Below are positions 63,579 to 64,000 of a DNA stretch of 64,000 nucleotides, in pieces. A model generated the notes under the pieces. It ran no database searches and was not told the origin of the DNA. It was given only the letters and a program-made list of their open reading frames with translations. The stretch is taken from assembly GCA_036279355.1 (NCBI GenBank), contig DASUJH010000024.1:67375-131374 (forward strand), read 5' to 3'. The DNA comes from Gemmatimonadales bacterium. Its GTDB lineage: Bacteria > Gemmatimonadota > Gemmatimonadetes > Gemmatimonadales > GWC2-71-9. The position numbers and the translations under genes are program-made. Each line of letters begins with the position of its first letter. Positions within the stretch are counted from its first letter, which is position 1.

Positions 63579-64000
63579 GATACCGTCTCCGAAGACATGG
63601 GAAGAGGGATGCCGGGGGTGGCGTCGCGCTCGAGCGCGACGGCCCCGCTGCGCGCGAGCTCGAGCACCTCAAACCGCTCCAGCGCACGCAGGAACGAAAG
63701 CACGAATGCGTCCGAGCCGCTCACCTCGAAAATGATCGAGTCGGCCGACTCGTCGGCGATGGTCGCCTTGTAGAGGAGCGCCACGTCGAGGAGCTCCGCA
63801 TAGCGGCGCGGTGCCACCCGCACCTTGACCAGCGCCAGCTCGCGTGCAATGCCCTCGCGCGCCGGATAAGCGACGGCCTCATGCACGCCCACAACCTTGT
63901 GGAGCTGGCGCGCCATCCGGTCCGCGGTCGCCTCGTCGGTCTCTAACATGATCGTAAGCCTCGCAACACCGGGCGTGGCGCTCGACCCCACCGCGATGCT
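63575..64000 (-). CDS. ilvN: Acetolactate synthase small (regulatory) subunit, 3' part (start lies beyond the right edge)
   Basis: ...[34 protein letters not shown]...[10 protein letters not shown]...[41 protein letters not shown] is the ACT plus C-terminal domain pattern of IlvH/IlvN. The frame stays open to position 64000. Confidence 0.85.
   Translation of the reverse strand, partial: SIAVGSSATPGVARLTIMLETDEATADRMARQLHKVVGVHEAVAYPAREGIARELALVKVRVAPRRYAELLDVALLYKATIADESADSIIFEVSGSDAFVLSFLRALERFEVLELARSGAVALERDATPGIPLPMSSETVS

Noticed and set aside
1-64000. Looked for CRISPR arrays, IS elements, integrases, phage genes, toxin-antitoxin pairs and known defence-system genes.
   Set aside because: I found no spaced direct-repeat array, no transposase or recombinase motif, and no nuclease/helicase/ATPase combination typical of defence islands. 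The only strong compositional anomaly is the 160-bp glnA upstream island. The window reads as core chromosome.

Overview
This is a high-GC (by eye ~70% G+C) core chromosomal segment from a diderm, aerobic bacterium. Gene content (exbB-exbD-exbD-tonB, alternative complex III, OmpL-like porin, Flp-type pilin) suggests a Gemmatimonadota/Acidobacteriota-like lineage, but that is inference only. I call 68 protein-coding genes (two cut by the window edges) and one tRNA-Ala(UGC). I found no rRNA, no CRISPR array, and no transposase, integrase or phage genes, so the window does not look like a mobile or accessory island.

Main blocks, left to right:
- APC permease.
- tonB-exbD-exbD-exbB-tonB.
- marR and a VOC gene, divergent around a 27-bp palindrome.
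- Lipoprotein-HK-RR-HK operon.
- Peroxiredoxin and SOD.
- Orphan mreB.
- GT2-PilZ-Flp pilin-pseudo-receiver-zinc ribbon cluster.
- tRNA-Ala.
- Seven-gene heme cluster (hemB-L-Y-C-D-E-F).
- ArsR plus stand-alone soxYZ, an MBL protein and a rhodanese.
- A tightly coupled spt-GNAT-SDR-PAP2 operon.
- Cupredoxin and a YkgJ-like gene, divergent around a perfect TGTGA-N6-TCACA site.
- ECF sigma/anti-sigma pair.
- actABCDEF (alternative complex III).
- DUF-like gene, trmJ-like gene, long pilT, tandem-repeat protein and dehydrogenase.
- ABC permease and ATPase.
- dinB.
- Porin and glnA-PII, divergent around an AT-rich island.
- ilvD, leuB, a second APC permease, and leuD-leuC-ilvC-ilvN.

The two most interesting candidates are the spt-GNAT-SDR-PAP2 operon (candidate complete bacterial phosphosphingolipid pathway) and the SoxYZ module that lacks SoxAX, SoxB and SoxCD.

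Many long ORFs in the supplied track, including the longest at 1439 aa, are antisense or alternate-frame shadows typical of high-GC DNA and were rejected. All functional calls rest on motif recognition by eye. No database search was run.
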